NCBI GenBank assembly: GCA_951406725.2
Contig: OX597832.1
Location: 19,282,001 to 19,346,000 of the forward strand
DNA length: 64,000 nt
DNA from: Octopus vulgaris
Lineage: Eukaryota
Direction: 5' to 3'
Of the stretch, positions 12,755-26,400 are shown one piece after another (within the stretch, counting starts at the first letter, position 1; each line of letters starts with the position of its first letter). The notes under the pieces were generated by a model, which had not been told where the DNA came from, ran no database searches, and saw nothing but the letters and a program-made list of their open reading frames with translations. Made by a program: the position numbers and the translations under genes.

Positions 12755-13624
12755 TATTATAATTATCATGATTATTATTATTGTTGTTGTTGTTGTTGTT
12801 GTTGTTATTATTATAAGCTGGCAGAATCGTTATGCCGCCGGGTAAAATGCTAAGCGGTATTTCGTTGGTCTCCGTAGAGGTCGACTCTTCGTTTCCTCCT
12901 TTCGGGGCTGATAAAATAAATACCAGTTGAGCACTGGGGTCGATGTAATCATCTTCCCGCTTCGCCCGAAATTGCTAGCCTCGTGCCAAAATTTGAAACC
13001 AGTGAGTATAATAATAGTGTGTGTGCTTGAATTCACCAAATTTTTAGCTGTTGTTATCATTGTTGTTGTAGCTATCGTTCTTTAATCGATTAAAGTACAT
13101 TATTTCTACATCATATTTTATCGATCGCGACAGAATAAACTTAAACGCTAAGTTTGAAACTGATGACACAAAGGGACGTAACTAGAGTATTTTCTCAACA
13201 CCGTATCTGTCCAATAGTTTCAATATCGTCAAACATGTTGATACTTTTAACAGCAAATATTTTACCAGGGCTTGAACTCTTCACGGCATATTCTCGGTTT
13301 GAAATGGAAATATACATGATTAGATCTTTCTAAGAAATAGAAAGCATTTTGCATGATACACTAAAGATTCTAACACATATATATATATACATATATATAG
13401 TTTTATTCTTTTGATATTTCTCAGCCCGAAGGTTGTGACCATGTTGGGACACCGGCAGTATCATCAATTTTTCAATGGCCACTCCTTGGTGATTGGCTTT
13501 TGGTGATGGAAGGAGTTTGGTATTGTTGCCCCTCTCTTGTGTTTCTTGCAGTAATATAAATTCATCTGAGATCATGGACAGCAGATGCAACTTGCTTCTT
13601 GAAAACATCTACCCCACTCAATAT

Positions 13625-13661
<37 letters not shown>

Positions 13662-13993
13662 CCTCTCCTCTCTCTTTCTTTCTCTCCCTCTCTCCCGTCC
13701 TTCCTCCCTCACCCACTCTCACTCTCTCTATATATATATGTAGATATATATATTTATATATATGTAAGTATCTATCTATCAATCTATTTATCTATCTGTC
13801 AATCTATCTTTCTGTATGCATGTATGTATGTATGTATGTGCACGTGTGTTTGTAAGACAAAGCATAAATAATAGTCATTACATTGGTATTATTTTGTTAA
13901 ATTTGATTTATTTTAGTAAATATACAGCTGTTTCCAGTTGTCATTAATGGTTCATAACTGATTACTCAATCATCCCATTGTTTATATATAAGG

Positions 13994-14024
<31 letters not shown>

Positions 14025-14096
14025 TGTATGTATGTATGTATGTATGTATGTATGTATAGACATATATACACGTATATATACATATATATATATATA

Positions 14097-14649
14097 CAGG
14101 GTACAGTGAATAAATTACGGAAAAATGAAAATAACACTGACATTTCATTTTGATATATATATTTACGAAAATTACATAAAAATATCTTGAGGAAATTTAT
14201 TCAATAAAATTGTCATTAGCTTCAACCACGGCCTCCAGACGACTTCAGATTCTCGTGCAACTCTTCCGGATGGTGTCTTACTCCTTGCCTTTTAGTTCAT
14301 TTTTGGTGTTACAAAATAGTTTTGTTGGTCTCGCTCACGTACGTCCCACTCATGATAATGAATTGGGTTGTAGTCTAGGGAGTTAGGTGGTCAGATGTTA
14401 GGGGAAATGTGGTCGCATAGATGGTCTGACAGCCATGACTGGGTTGTCCTGCTTGTGTGTAATGGTGCAGATAGTGCTCTGTGTCAAGAGGGCAGCACTA
14501 CCTCCTAAAGGTACTTGATATAAGCCCCTGTGTTGTGTCTAAGGCCATGTGGGAAGATTAATGGAGGCCTAACGTTGTCATCACTCCAAATACCACAGTG
14601 TTGACTGGATGCCTGATTTTTATCACCCTCAGTACATGTTTTGGGGGCA
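14097..14649 (-). pseudogene. Tc1/mariner (DD37D, maT-like) transposase 3' remnant with right TIR
   Basis: Minus strand reads SAPLHTSRTTQSWLSDHLCDHISPNI*PPNSLDYNPIHYHEW and IRKSCTRI*SRLEAVVEANDNFIE* (stop at 14197-14199). End TA|CAGGGT at 14097. Contains stops and deletions. Confidence 0.88.
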
Positions 14650-14986
14650 CGGAAATTGAAAGAAGCCCGTCGTATATATGTATATATATATGTATGTGTG
14701 TGTATATTTTAAAAATTTTTTAAATTTTTCTAGTTATAGCTTACGAACTGTGGCCATGCTGGGGCACCGCCATATGTTAGTGTGTCTGTGTTTGTCCCCG
14801 AACATCGCTTGACAACCGATGATTGTGCGTTTACAATCCCGTCACTTAGCGGTTCGGCAAAAAGAGACCGATAGAATAATCACTAGGCTTACAAAGAATA
14901 AGTCATGGGCTCGATTTGCTCGACTAAAGGCGGTGCTCCAGTATGGCCACAGTCAACTGACTGACGCAAGTAAAAGAGTAAAAGAA
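14650..14986 (+). mobile_element. SINE family A, 5'-truncated, abutting the mariner remnant
   Basis: GGAAATTGAAAGAAGCCCGTCG through AAGTAAAAGAGTAAAAGA. Contains a short inverted piece of its own tail near 14745-14772. Confidence 0.88.
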
Positions 14987-15660
14987 TCAGATATTGGTTC
15001 ACCTGGAAAGAACCAACACAGTTATTAATACAAAGAGTTGGAATTAACGCAAGCAAGATTTCAGAGCACCAGCATCACCGCTACTTTCCAGCTAACCCGC
15101 GTATATATAATAAAAAAATACTGTACCTTGAAATACCTACATACCTACCATAAATATTTTGTATCTTCCAGCGAAAGAAAAAGAATGTCAGGAAACCAAT
15201 ATCTTAGAGTCCAAGGTCGTTTGCTGTGAAACAAAGTACTTACCTAGATCAACACTGATAGCTGTGACCAACATTAATCTACAGACACGTATGACAAGCA
15301 GCGCACATGAAACGATTGAGGCTAGATAGAAAGCAACGTACCTAGAGAGATATATACTTGATGAATGTATATTTCTTGGCCACATTAATATAAAGAGTTA
15401 CAGTATGCACTCGAATTTGTGTCCGGCCTATGCAACCAGTGTGTTAAAGATTGCAGCAATATTTATGCATACATACAAGTGAAATATATATATTTCTATA
15501 GACATGCATACACACACACATACACTCACACAAATGTATGAGTATCTATGCAAGTATCTCAATATGTATGAGTGTATATAATTTTATTATATTCTTGAGT
15601 TTTATTTTCCTTTGAAATCCCGAAGTTTCTTCGGCTAATCAATGTGGTGTATTTTTCACA

Positions 15661-15723
<63 letters not shown>

Positions 15724-15808
15724 GTTTCACTGTGTATATACATATGTATTCGAATAAATGTATGTGTCGAAATGTATGTATGTATGTGCATATATATACA
15801 TACATACG

Positions 15809-15947
<139 letters not shown>

Positions 15948-16055
15948 ACAAGTATACATATACATATATATGTATGTGAGTATGCATATATGAATATACA
16001 AACATTAGTGCTTTTTAAATATAAACACTCTCCTATATATGTGTGTGTGTATGCC

Positions 16056-16124
<69 letters not shown>

Positions 16125-16487
16125 GTATGTATATATGTGTGTGTGTATATTTGTATCTATATGTGTGTGTTAATGCATATATGTGTGCGTATGCATACAT
16201 ATTCATACACCCACATACAGAGCCATACGCACAAACACACACACAAACACCCCACACATTCACCCACTCTGCGTTTCACGCCTTTATACACCGTTCACCT
16301 ATTTTTCACGCACAAAACATACAGCGCTGAATCATGAAATGTTATGCATGGGTGAATTATATATTTCCAAAATGAAAGCCTTTGCCAAATGATATAGTTT
16401 TAAGGTAATTCCTCTGAGTCGAATCACTAGAATCCGTGAGATTAATGACTTCATTGCAAATCCGATCAATAAATATAAAACATATAC

Positions 16488-16559
16488 CTGTAAGATTCTG
16501 AGACTTTCGTTCATTGAACTTCAGAATGATGTCTTCTTTTTTTCTTGTTTTGTTTTTTG
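16488..16559 (-). other. Candidate 72-nt symmetric (phase 1-1) exon
   Basis: Acceptor ATATTTTACAG| and donor CAG|GTATAT. Open frame KNKTRKKEDIILKFNERKSQNLT. Confidence 0.25.
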
Positions 16560-16719
16560 CTGTAAAATATTCATTTTTTTCTTTCATGCATATATTTATT
16601 TATATATTTAATTATTTATTTATGCATTTCTTATAAATTATTTTTTATTTTTATTTATTTCATATACACCATTGTTTTAATTTTTTGTTTTTTCATTTTT
16701 TTGTTAACTTTAATTTTGA

Positions 16720-17320
16720 CGGAAGATGAATCTGTCGTGGTCATATCTATGTTTCTTCTGGTTTTCTTCTTTTTCTTTTATTCAAGCTCCACCTATGAAA
16801 TCTCCATCCAATCACAGGCGACTCTGGTTTATATGACTCTAGTTATACTATTTATATCAAAATATCTTAAGGATTCTTTGTTTAGCCGCAGGCCTGTCTA
16901 CTCCTGGATGAGTAGATCTACCATCTCACTCACCCCATTCGTGGCCCTAACGTTTGTCACTCCAACATTTTAGGGCCTCTGTCGTTCAACGTTGAGCATG
17001 CACTTGTTCATGTACCTGAGTATGCATGGACAAGTTTTATTCATTTTTTTTCTATTTTTTTCTCTGAAAAAAAATACAGGTAGGCTGTTGGCTCCACCTA
17101 GGAGTACTTACATTCAATACGTGTTTGTATTATCCGATGTTTGTCCGAGGAACTGTCACTGGAATGGGCCGATATCTTTCGGCACCAGGCTCTTCTTAAC
17201 TGTTGTTGTGACAAACCAAAGTACCAGAAGAGATATCGCAAAACATTTCAACCAAATCATATCTGCTGTTCGACCGCATTGGATGCTACACGTTGATCTT
17301 CAGACATTACCAATTCACTG
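16720..17320 (-). pseudogene. Highly decayed RTE-like LINE 3' fragment
   Basis: Minus-strand remnants such as NT..VL..AN and GLRLNKESLRYFDIN resemble the RTE C-terminus. Many stops and frameshifts. Confidence 0.45.
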
Positions 17321-18183
17321 AACAATTCAGTCAAATGTGACCTTCACATATTTTGTAAGAGTGTAATTAAAGAGATTTTTTCCTTCTATTTCTTTAAGTG
17401 ACAATTTCGTTGATTTTGGTGCAGTAATCACAGCTAAGCTAAAGCTATAATACTTAAAAGAGAGAGCGTATCAAAAATCAAACTGATCAGAAGGCCGTGT
17501 ACTTACGTTAATGTTATAATTAGATCGACGCACCTAAAAACCCGGAAGAAATGCCATAATGCATTTTATCAGACGCTCTAACGATTCTGTCAGATTACAG
17601 CCTCTAAATAATTGTTACAGCTTTAGCCATAGGGCCATCACTTTTGAAAGGAAGATATTAGGTCGTAGCACTTGACTGTTATTTTACTGTTTATCTATTG
17701 GCTCTGAGGGATGAAAAGCTAGTACGGCATCGGCATATTGTATTAGAGAGCACATACCAAACGCAAAGAGGTCATGGAACTCAGACAAAGTCATATGCTA
17801 TAGATTACTGTGCAGTTATGTGTCTTTAATTGTCAACCTTATTTCTTGTAAGACATTCAAACAGTAGGGGACGGAGGGTCAGCCTGGCTGGTGGCAAATG
17901 TTTTATCGTGTTTTATGGTGGATCACATTGACAAAAAAAAACAAAAAGAGGTGAGTGGATGATTATGATGCCTGAGTAAATACAGCTGGTACATAAAAAT
18001 AAAAACAAAAACTTGTCCAAGCTTGTACTATTGTTTTCGAGACCTTTGCTTAACCTAGCAGTTATCATAAGTTTTTTACTCGCCAGTCACACATACACGT
18101 ATGAATATAGCTGAAGTCGTAGTTCTCACCCTCTTTCCTTCCTTCCCTATCTCTCTCTCTCTCTCTCTCGATATATACATATA

Positions 18184-18238
<55 letters not shown>

Positions 18239-18304
18239 ACATATATATATATGTATATATATATGAATATATATATATGCTTATATATTTATATATATAT
18301 ATAA

Positions 18305-18399
<95 letters not shown>

Positions 18400-18935
18400 T
18401 TAGTTAAACATAAGTAATGTTGCCAATATATATGTGTATACATAAATATATATATATTTATGTATACATAAATATATATATATATGTGTATACATAAATT
18501 TATATATATGCATACAAATATATAAACTAACAAACGCACAAGCACAAACACACACAGGGACACACTCACATGAAGTCAGTTTAATGTGCGTACTAATATA
18601 TATATTAGCTGATAATAATAGCTAATTAGATAAACTCATTAACTAGTGTAACGCTATGAAAATAATTAAAGTAATTAGAAAAATCTACTTGGATTTGTAG
18701 TGAAGGGAGCGGACTGTTGTGATGTGTATGCCTTTCCCTTGCTTATTAGTGTAATAGGTGAATTTATTTGTCTATGACCATGCACTAATTTCACCGGATT
18801 AATTAGTTTGTTTGTTAATTGGTTTGTTTCAATTATTTTCTATATCTAATGAGTTTGCTAGCCAATTAATATTAGTAAGATTATTATTATTGACATTATT
18901 ATTATCATTATCATTATTATTGTTATTATTATTAA

Positions 18936-19342
18936 TATCGAGTGAGAGAGCAGAGCATTGCCATCAAAGTGACACTGGGGTAAATTATACAAAGTCTAAT
19001 TTACCCATCATGACTACCCGTCTGATAAGGGCATATCATCCACATGCATCGGAACCATATGTACGCGACATGGTGATCTCATATCAAGATAAACAGCACG
19101 TGACCTTGCAGGTGGGGCCCAGTTAGAATTCATTTTCTTCAGGCCGAGTAGCCCGACCCACTCAAATGGTCGCTGAATAGGGGTTGCTTAAGGATGTTGA
19201 ATAAAACACCCATGCTTCCAAAGGTGAATTATCCAAACCTCAAGGAATTCCTCTCAACACATGGCTATGATGCTCCCCCAGTACTTCTGCTCATGATCAG
19301 AGATGCACATATCGTCAACCACTAAGAGACATGCTCAACTGG
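18936..19342 (-). mobile_element. Non-coding repeat inserted into a (TAA)n tract, possibly the 3' UTR of an R4/Dong-type LINE
   Basis: About 400 bp of complex sequence flanked on both sides by (TTA)n. R4/Dong elements are known to target TAA repeats; the family assignment is inference. Confidence 0.4.
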
Positions 19343-19372
19343 TTATTATTATTATTATTATTATAATTATCA

Positions 19373-19404
<32 letters not shown>

Positions 19405-19566
19405 GGTAAGGCGGCGAGAGGACAAAATCTTTATTACATCGGGAAAAATCCTTCCCAATACTTCTTCCGGCATTACGTTCTGAGATCAAATGCTGCCATG
19501 ATCGACTTACCCACTTATCATTTCGGGTGGATGAAATTAGTACAATTCCAAAACTGGAGTCAATGT

Positions 19567-21525
19567 ATTAAGTTCTAATAAAGCCTAACTTTATTTTATT
19601 TTGATTGATCCCAATGGGAGGGAAAAGAAAATATCAACCAGATACAGATTATTTAATAAAATGCTGCTCGTGCCCAAAGCATTCTGTGGCTTTGTACCAC
19701 GAATAGAAATCATTTATAGATATTAGAATGTAAGTTGATATCACACTTCCTCATTTCTAATTATCTTTTTTCTTACTTATAAACTTTAAGATAGTCTTTA
19801 ATATATGTTTCATTATAATCCATCTAGAATAACACTTTTTTAAAGTTAGATATTCAACACAATTGTGAAGGAAATATATTAAGTATAGTAGGCGATCGAA
19901 AAGAAAATGCCAAAATTATTTTACCTATATCGCTCATTTTAGGTGAAATGCAATATTAATAAAGCGTGGTCAGTTTTATTTTACTTTCTGAAACATTTTT
20001 TCAGGACTTTTGTCACTAGTAGAAAGTAGTGTCGTTTACGCTGGCAATTCAAATAACCAACGAAATTGCAAATTTATTTCACGAATCAAGGTTCGATAGC
20101 ATATAAAATTCAATTTCTCTTCCATCCGCTACAAAAATATAATGGTTTCTAGGCATGAGCCTGAATTTAACCGAAAACGTCGCTCCTAGTACATCATTAA
20201 TAGTTTATTTTCATTGATCCAGCAGGATGAAAGACAAACTTGATCAAAACAGTATTTGAACTCTGTACGTTAAGATCCGCAAGAGATCTTAACGTACAGA
20301 AATCGCATTTTTTTTCCGATCCTCAAGTGATTCCTCAAATTACTGGCCAAAATAGCATTCAATTCAGATAAACAATGGCAACTTTTCATGTGATGATGTT
20401 TATAGATTTTATAAACATCAGTATTTCACCGGTACATATTTTATCGACCTTGAAAATTAAACTGAATATTTGGCCTTAATGGAATTCGAAATAAAAATAA
20501 ATAAGCTAAGCGTCAATATCATTGACTGTACACTCGCTTCATTTGTGCTTTATAGTCAAAAATCGTATCGAAATAACAATAAATTTGATTATTAATTTAT
20601 TGCCCTATCACCGTCCAAATCACGTAGAAGTTGATAAACCGAGAACAGGTGGAGTGGGATTTGTTGTTGTTTTTCTCGTTATTACTGTTGTTTTTTAACC
20701 CTAGGTCTGCCTTGAGAGAGAAAGCCTATTGTCAAAGATATTTAATCCGTGACAATCTCGATTTTCCTTTCTAGATGTACAGGAGAATATGTTTCTGGAG
20801 ACTTTATGTTATATTTAGCTTAAAAATTGTAGTATACTTATTATACTTAAAGATTGTACTATACTTACACAAATTTCACTGCTATTTCTAGTACAACGCG
20901 TGGTCATATGGCGTTACCCTCATTAGCTCAACTAAAGACCAACAAAACAGATGATTCAGTAAATAAGAAATCGATTAAATTCCAAACTTGAAGAAAAAAT
21001 CTTAAAAATCATCTGGCTGAAAGTATGATTTTCTGTGAATTGCAGAATTAATGGAACAATTGGAAAATATTTTGTTGCAGTTAGTTACATTCTATCCATT
21101 AAGTTCTAATAAAGCCTAACTTTATTTTATTTTGATTGATCCCAATGGGAGGGAAAAGAAAATATCAACCAGATACAGATTATTTAATAAAATGCTGCTC
21201 GTGCCCAAAGCATTCTGTGGCTTTGTACCACGAATAGAAATCATTTATAGATATTAGAATGTAAGTTGATATCACACTTCCTCATTTCTAATTATCTTTT
21301 TTTCTTACTTATAAACTTTAAGATAGTCTTTAATATATGTTCCATTATAATCCATCTAGAATAACACTTTTTTAAAGTTAGATATTCAACACAATTGTGA
21401 AGGAAATATATTAAGTATAGTAGGCGATCGAAAAGAAAATGCCAAAATTATTTTACCTATATCGCTCATTTTAGGTGAAATGCAATATTAATAAAGCGTG
21501 GTCAGTTTTATTTTACTTTCTGAAA
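19567..21525 (+). repeat. About 427-bp near-identical direct repeat (19567-19993 and 21098-21525) around a 1.1-kb spacer
   Basis: ATTAAGTTCTAATAAAGCC...TTTACTTTCTGAAA. By eye, only one substitution and one T indel. Confidence 0.95.
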
Positions 21526-22991
21526 AAATGGGATATTTTAGCGAATATGGTCCGGAACAACTAACCTGGAGACAAGATTCCGTTTATCATCTTGGTTCTG
21601 ATAGATAAACATTGCAACAGAGAATCTGACATTTCTGATATAGGCTCCAGACATGAGATTTCAGAAAACAATTTAGACGATTTAAATTGACCCTAGTATT
21701 AGAGTGAAGTTTAATTTGATCGAATCCAGAGTGACGAGAGTCACAGTTGAGTAAACTTTTTCTCCTCAACGCTCTAAAGATTCCGAGAATCCACCGCAAT
21801 CATACAATTATAACTAAGTACAACTCATTCATCAAGGTCGATAAAATTTAACCACTACAGCTCACCCAAGACAAATTTGATTATTAATGCTAATGTGAGA
21901 AATCGATAAAGTGTTAAATTAAATAACAAGGCTGAAGTAATCAAAGAACTTTCATTTAAGTCGCTAGGTCCTTTGCAAAGTTCATGAAGTTTACAGCGTC
22001 TAATGTGTAAACGGTATATCTCAAACTTCATGAAACTTACGTAGGTAAAAATTATATAAATACGTGTATGTGTGTGTATGGGTATGTGAGTGTGTGAATG
22101 TATAGGAATATGTTTGTGCGCCTATGTGTATTTATATAAATGATATATAAACGTAGATATAACCATATATATATAAATATGTGTGTATATATACATTCAT
22201 AGATGTATATTTGCAGATGCATACACAAATATTTATGAACACACACACAAATATATATTTATATTTGTGCGTGTGTATAGACACGTACACACGTTTACAT
22301 ATATCAATACATACATATATATATGTATATACTTAATCCTACATGAACACACATGCATATTAATGTCTTTAATCGATCGAAAGTTAGCTAAAGAGATTTA
22401 AGAGAGAGAGAGAGATTTTCGTAAATGGAACGTGTCCGAGTTTTGAAAAACATTTCCACGAAACCTTCAGAGCTTCAGTAACTTTCTTACATATGCATAC
22501 ATACAAGCATACACTATGTGTGTGTGTGTGTGTTTGTGTATACATATGTATGTGTAAGGTGCGTGGAAGATAGACGTTAAACGATGATGATGTATGTATA
22601 TATATGTACGTATGTATATATGTATATATTTATATGTGAATACACCTACGTATGTTTGTATATCTACGTCTTGCACCAAATCAATCTCTAATTCTGTGGG
22701 ATGGGATTATAATTCGAAAATTTAAAGAGAAAATTTCTCAAGGCAAAATTTAGCACAAGACTCAATATCATATTAGCTTCTGATTGCAAATCTTAATAAT
22801 TTCAAGGAGGTGAAAACGATGAAACTTATAATGAAGGACTTATATATATTTTCATTTAAGTCGCTATGTCCTTTATTAATGGATGCTGCTGAAATTGTAC
22901 AAACACACGCACATATATATACATTCATACATGCACACACACAAACATGTCTTAAATTTGTATATATAAATATGATATAGATTATATATAT

Positions 22992-23251
22992 TGTTTGTTC
23001 CTTCTCGATCCACGCTTATCTCATACCGGCCGGTTTCCCGGTTTCCTTGGCGTATAGGTTCCCCCACCTTGACAGGACGCCGGACCATCGCAGGTGAGCT
23101 GCAAGATGCAGGAGGAAAGAGTGAGAGAAAGTTCTGGCGAAAGAGTCAGCAGAAGTTCGCCGTTACCTTCTGCCGGAGACGCGAGGAGCTTAGGTGTTTC
23201 GCTCATAAACACACACATCGACCGACCTGAGATTCGAACCCACGATCCCCC
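22992..23251 (-). mobile_element. SINE family D, head-truncated
   Basis: Minus-strand B-box GGGTTCGAATCTC and tail GAAACCGGGAAACCGGCC; the same tail occurs at 42435-42453 (+). Confidence 0.75.
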
Positions 23252-24098
23252 ATCTATGCATGTATTTGCACATACATTTGTTCAGTATAAACAAATCAGT
23301 TGAGCAGGTCGTTCGGCAAGAGCTGAACACTCGTAAGTCATCTTCGACGGGAGAATTCATCCTATGAATGTGTTATATACAAATATTTGGACATTTGAAT
23401 ATTAAATGCGTGTGCTTCCTTAATTTTTTTTTATTATGATTAAAGTGTTGATGCATAAACGCTGCAACTATTTTCGTAGGAGTACGTGAGCCAGCAATAT
23501 TGGCTCAGTTTATTAATCAACATGTGTGTATTTTAGAAGAGAAATGGTATTTTATTCAGAAAAAGATCAATGTCACAAGCTCTCTCTATCTTCCATCCAT
23601 AGGTCTGAAACTCTGTTCTACTTTATGCAAAATATCTTCGTCCATTTTTAATATTCACTTAACATTCATATTAGAATTACACTGAATCGTGAAATAGCGT
23701 ATCCCCATCATAAACTTCACTGGGCTTCTGTCCAATGGAATGTGGTTTAGCATCTTCACTGTTGAATCAATAGTAGATTCAGCAGTATGATCCTATTCAT
23801 AACATCCAAACATTTCACATCAGTTTTCTTATGTCCAAGATGCGTTTGAGAATATCATAAACATGAATATCACAATACATATCTATTCTACTTTAACACA
23901 GCATCTACAGTGATGAGTTGCCGAAACAAAAGAAAAAAAATACTGTTTTTTTCTTTCCATTTCCATTTTTTTTTTACATCTCTAAATCTAATCGGCCGAA
24001 CGATGCATTTCGCCATTTTGTTCAAGGGAACATGAAAATATTTAAAAGAATTTTTGCGATATAGTTCTTTAAAATTTTGTAATTGATACATGTATAAT

Positions 24099-24132
<34 letters not shown>

Positions 24133-24292
24133 TACATATATATATATATATATGCAAACATATATACATAAATACATACATATATACACATTTATAGATA
24201 AATGTATATATGTATATATACATATACATATATATACACATATATAGATAAATGTATACATGCATACCTATATCTATCTATCTATCTATCAA

Positions 24293-24330
<38 letters not shown>

Positions 24331-24579
24331 ATATATATATATATATATATATGTACATATATGTATATACATATATATACACACACACGTATATACGTCA
24401 TAACCATATATCCCGTACTAATGGTAAAATGGTACAATTTGACATAATTCCAAGCCTTACTGGGACGCAGCCTAAATCAATATAATATCGATACGAGCTC
24501 TTCCTGTAAACGAGAAACGCCCAACACATACATACATACATGCATACATACATACATACATATATACATACATACATAC

Positions 24580-24619
<40 letters not shown>

Positions 24620-25456
24620 GTGTTTGTGTGCGCATGTGTTGATAGGTCTAGTTATCATAGATTGCTGCACTTTAGGAAACGGAATTAGTTTTAACATTAT
24701 TAAACTATAAGGAACGCGGGAACCTGGCAGAATCATTAGCACTCCGGACAAAATGCTTAGCGACATTTCGACCGCTTTTAGGTTCAAATACCACAATAGT
24801 CGAGTTTGTCTTTCATCGCTTCGGGGAGGGGGGGTCAGTAAAAAAACAGCAGAACGAGTTAATAACTGAGGTCGATGTAATCGATTTATTTTATACACCG
24901 AAATTGCTGGCCTTGTGCCAATTTTTGAAACCAATATTATTTATCTGTAAATATGATTATAAATTATTCATATCTGGTCGTCAAATGATAACAACGAAAA
25001 CTGAGAAATCCCTTAAATAAATATTATTCTACGTTGTCAATATGCTTGGTTCTATATATATACATACATACATACATACATACATACATACATACATACA
25101 TACATACATACATACGTACATATATCTATGTAAAACGTTTAAATTATATTTCGTCCTTTAATTTGGAGCATTCCAAAAAAAGATTTCTAACATAGATTCT
25201 TCATATATTTTGCTGGTAGCTTACTGGCGTAAAATTGCGAATATGAAAATAATACTTGTATAGGGTGCGTTGTGTCTTTCCATAAATTCACATAACACAC
25301 CATATACAATATATATATATATAATACATACAAACATATATATAAATATATATGTATTTACGTTCATACACATACGTGCATATATGCGTGCATGTATAAA
25401 GCATAGAATACCCTGTTTTCTGTATATTATTAATGTTATTCTTTTATTATATCATT

Positions 25457-25828
25457 ATTTTACTTGTTTCAGTAATTTGACTGCTGCCATGCTGGAGAAC
25501 CACCATTAGTCGAGCCTAGTAACTTATTCTATCGGTCTCTTTTGCTGAACCGCTAAGTAATGGGGGCGTAAATGCACCATCATCGGTTGTCAGGCAATGG
25601 TGGGTTAACAAACACAGATATACAAACATATATACACTCACACATACATATATATATGTATATATACGACGGGCTTCTTTCAGTTTTCGCCTAACAAATC
25701 CACTCACAAGATTTTGGTCGACCCGAGTCTATAGCAGAAGACACTTGCCCAAGTTGCCACGAAGTGGGACTGAACCCGGAACCATGTGGTTGGTAAGCAA
25801 GCTACTTATCACACAGCCACTCCTGCGC
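25457..25828 (-). mobile_element. SINE family A, near full length with small internal deletion
   Basis: Matches 845-1246 but lacks about 30 bp after TAGTCGAGC. Confidence 0.9.
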
Positions 25829-26400
25829 ATTTATTTATTTATTTACGCATAGATATACACGTGAATGTATACATGTATATGACTGTGCAGAAGAAATACT
25901 TTGGACAGAGAACAGTATCGTAAACACCAGATTTCTCGAGTGTAATACGTTGGTAATGCTTCAAGAGGTAAAGCATTGGATAAAATGTTCTAAAGCAAAT
26001 ACAGATAAGATTTATGTTAATCTTGGATAACACATTACGTAGTTTTGCTTTCTGTTATCTCATATAGAAAAAAATATTTATCGATAATCCGCAACGAGAA
26101 ATCGGAGATAGTTGAATTTAATTTGTTATGTATAGAATGCATGTGCGATCGCGTGTGTTAGTGTGTGTCGTATATATGGCCGTTACTGGCTCGTTCAGAA
26201 GAGGTGCTTATAACTTTTTTTGCAAATAAGTGCATCGTGTTCTGTCCTGCTATATATATCATGTTAGATTAGGTATACCATCGTAGTTTCGTTTTGTATA
26301 GCGACCATGCTGTAGCAAGTAATATACATATATATAATATATATATATGTATACGTATATATATATATATATATATATACTTTATTTAAATGTATATATA

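Noticed and set aside
19567-21525. LTR retrotransposon/TRIM interpretation of the direct repeats
   Set aside because: No TG..CA termini, PBS, PPT or TSD; the spacer holds only old SINE debris.
23560-23880. Possible Ty3/Gypsy pol remnant (FHWTEAQ on - strand); similar vague retroelement-like pieces at 56760-57070 and 61370-61620
   Set aside because: Only single short motifs among many stops; cannot be assigned by eye.
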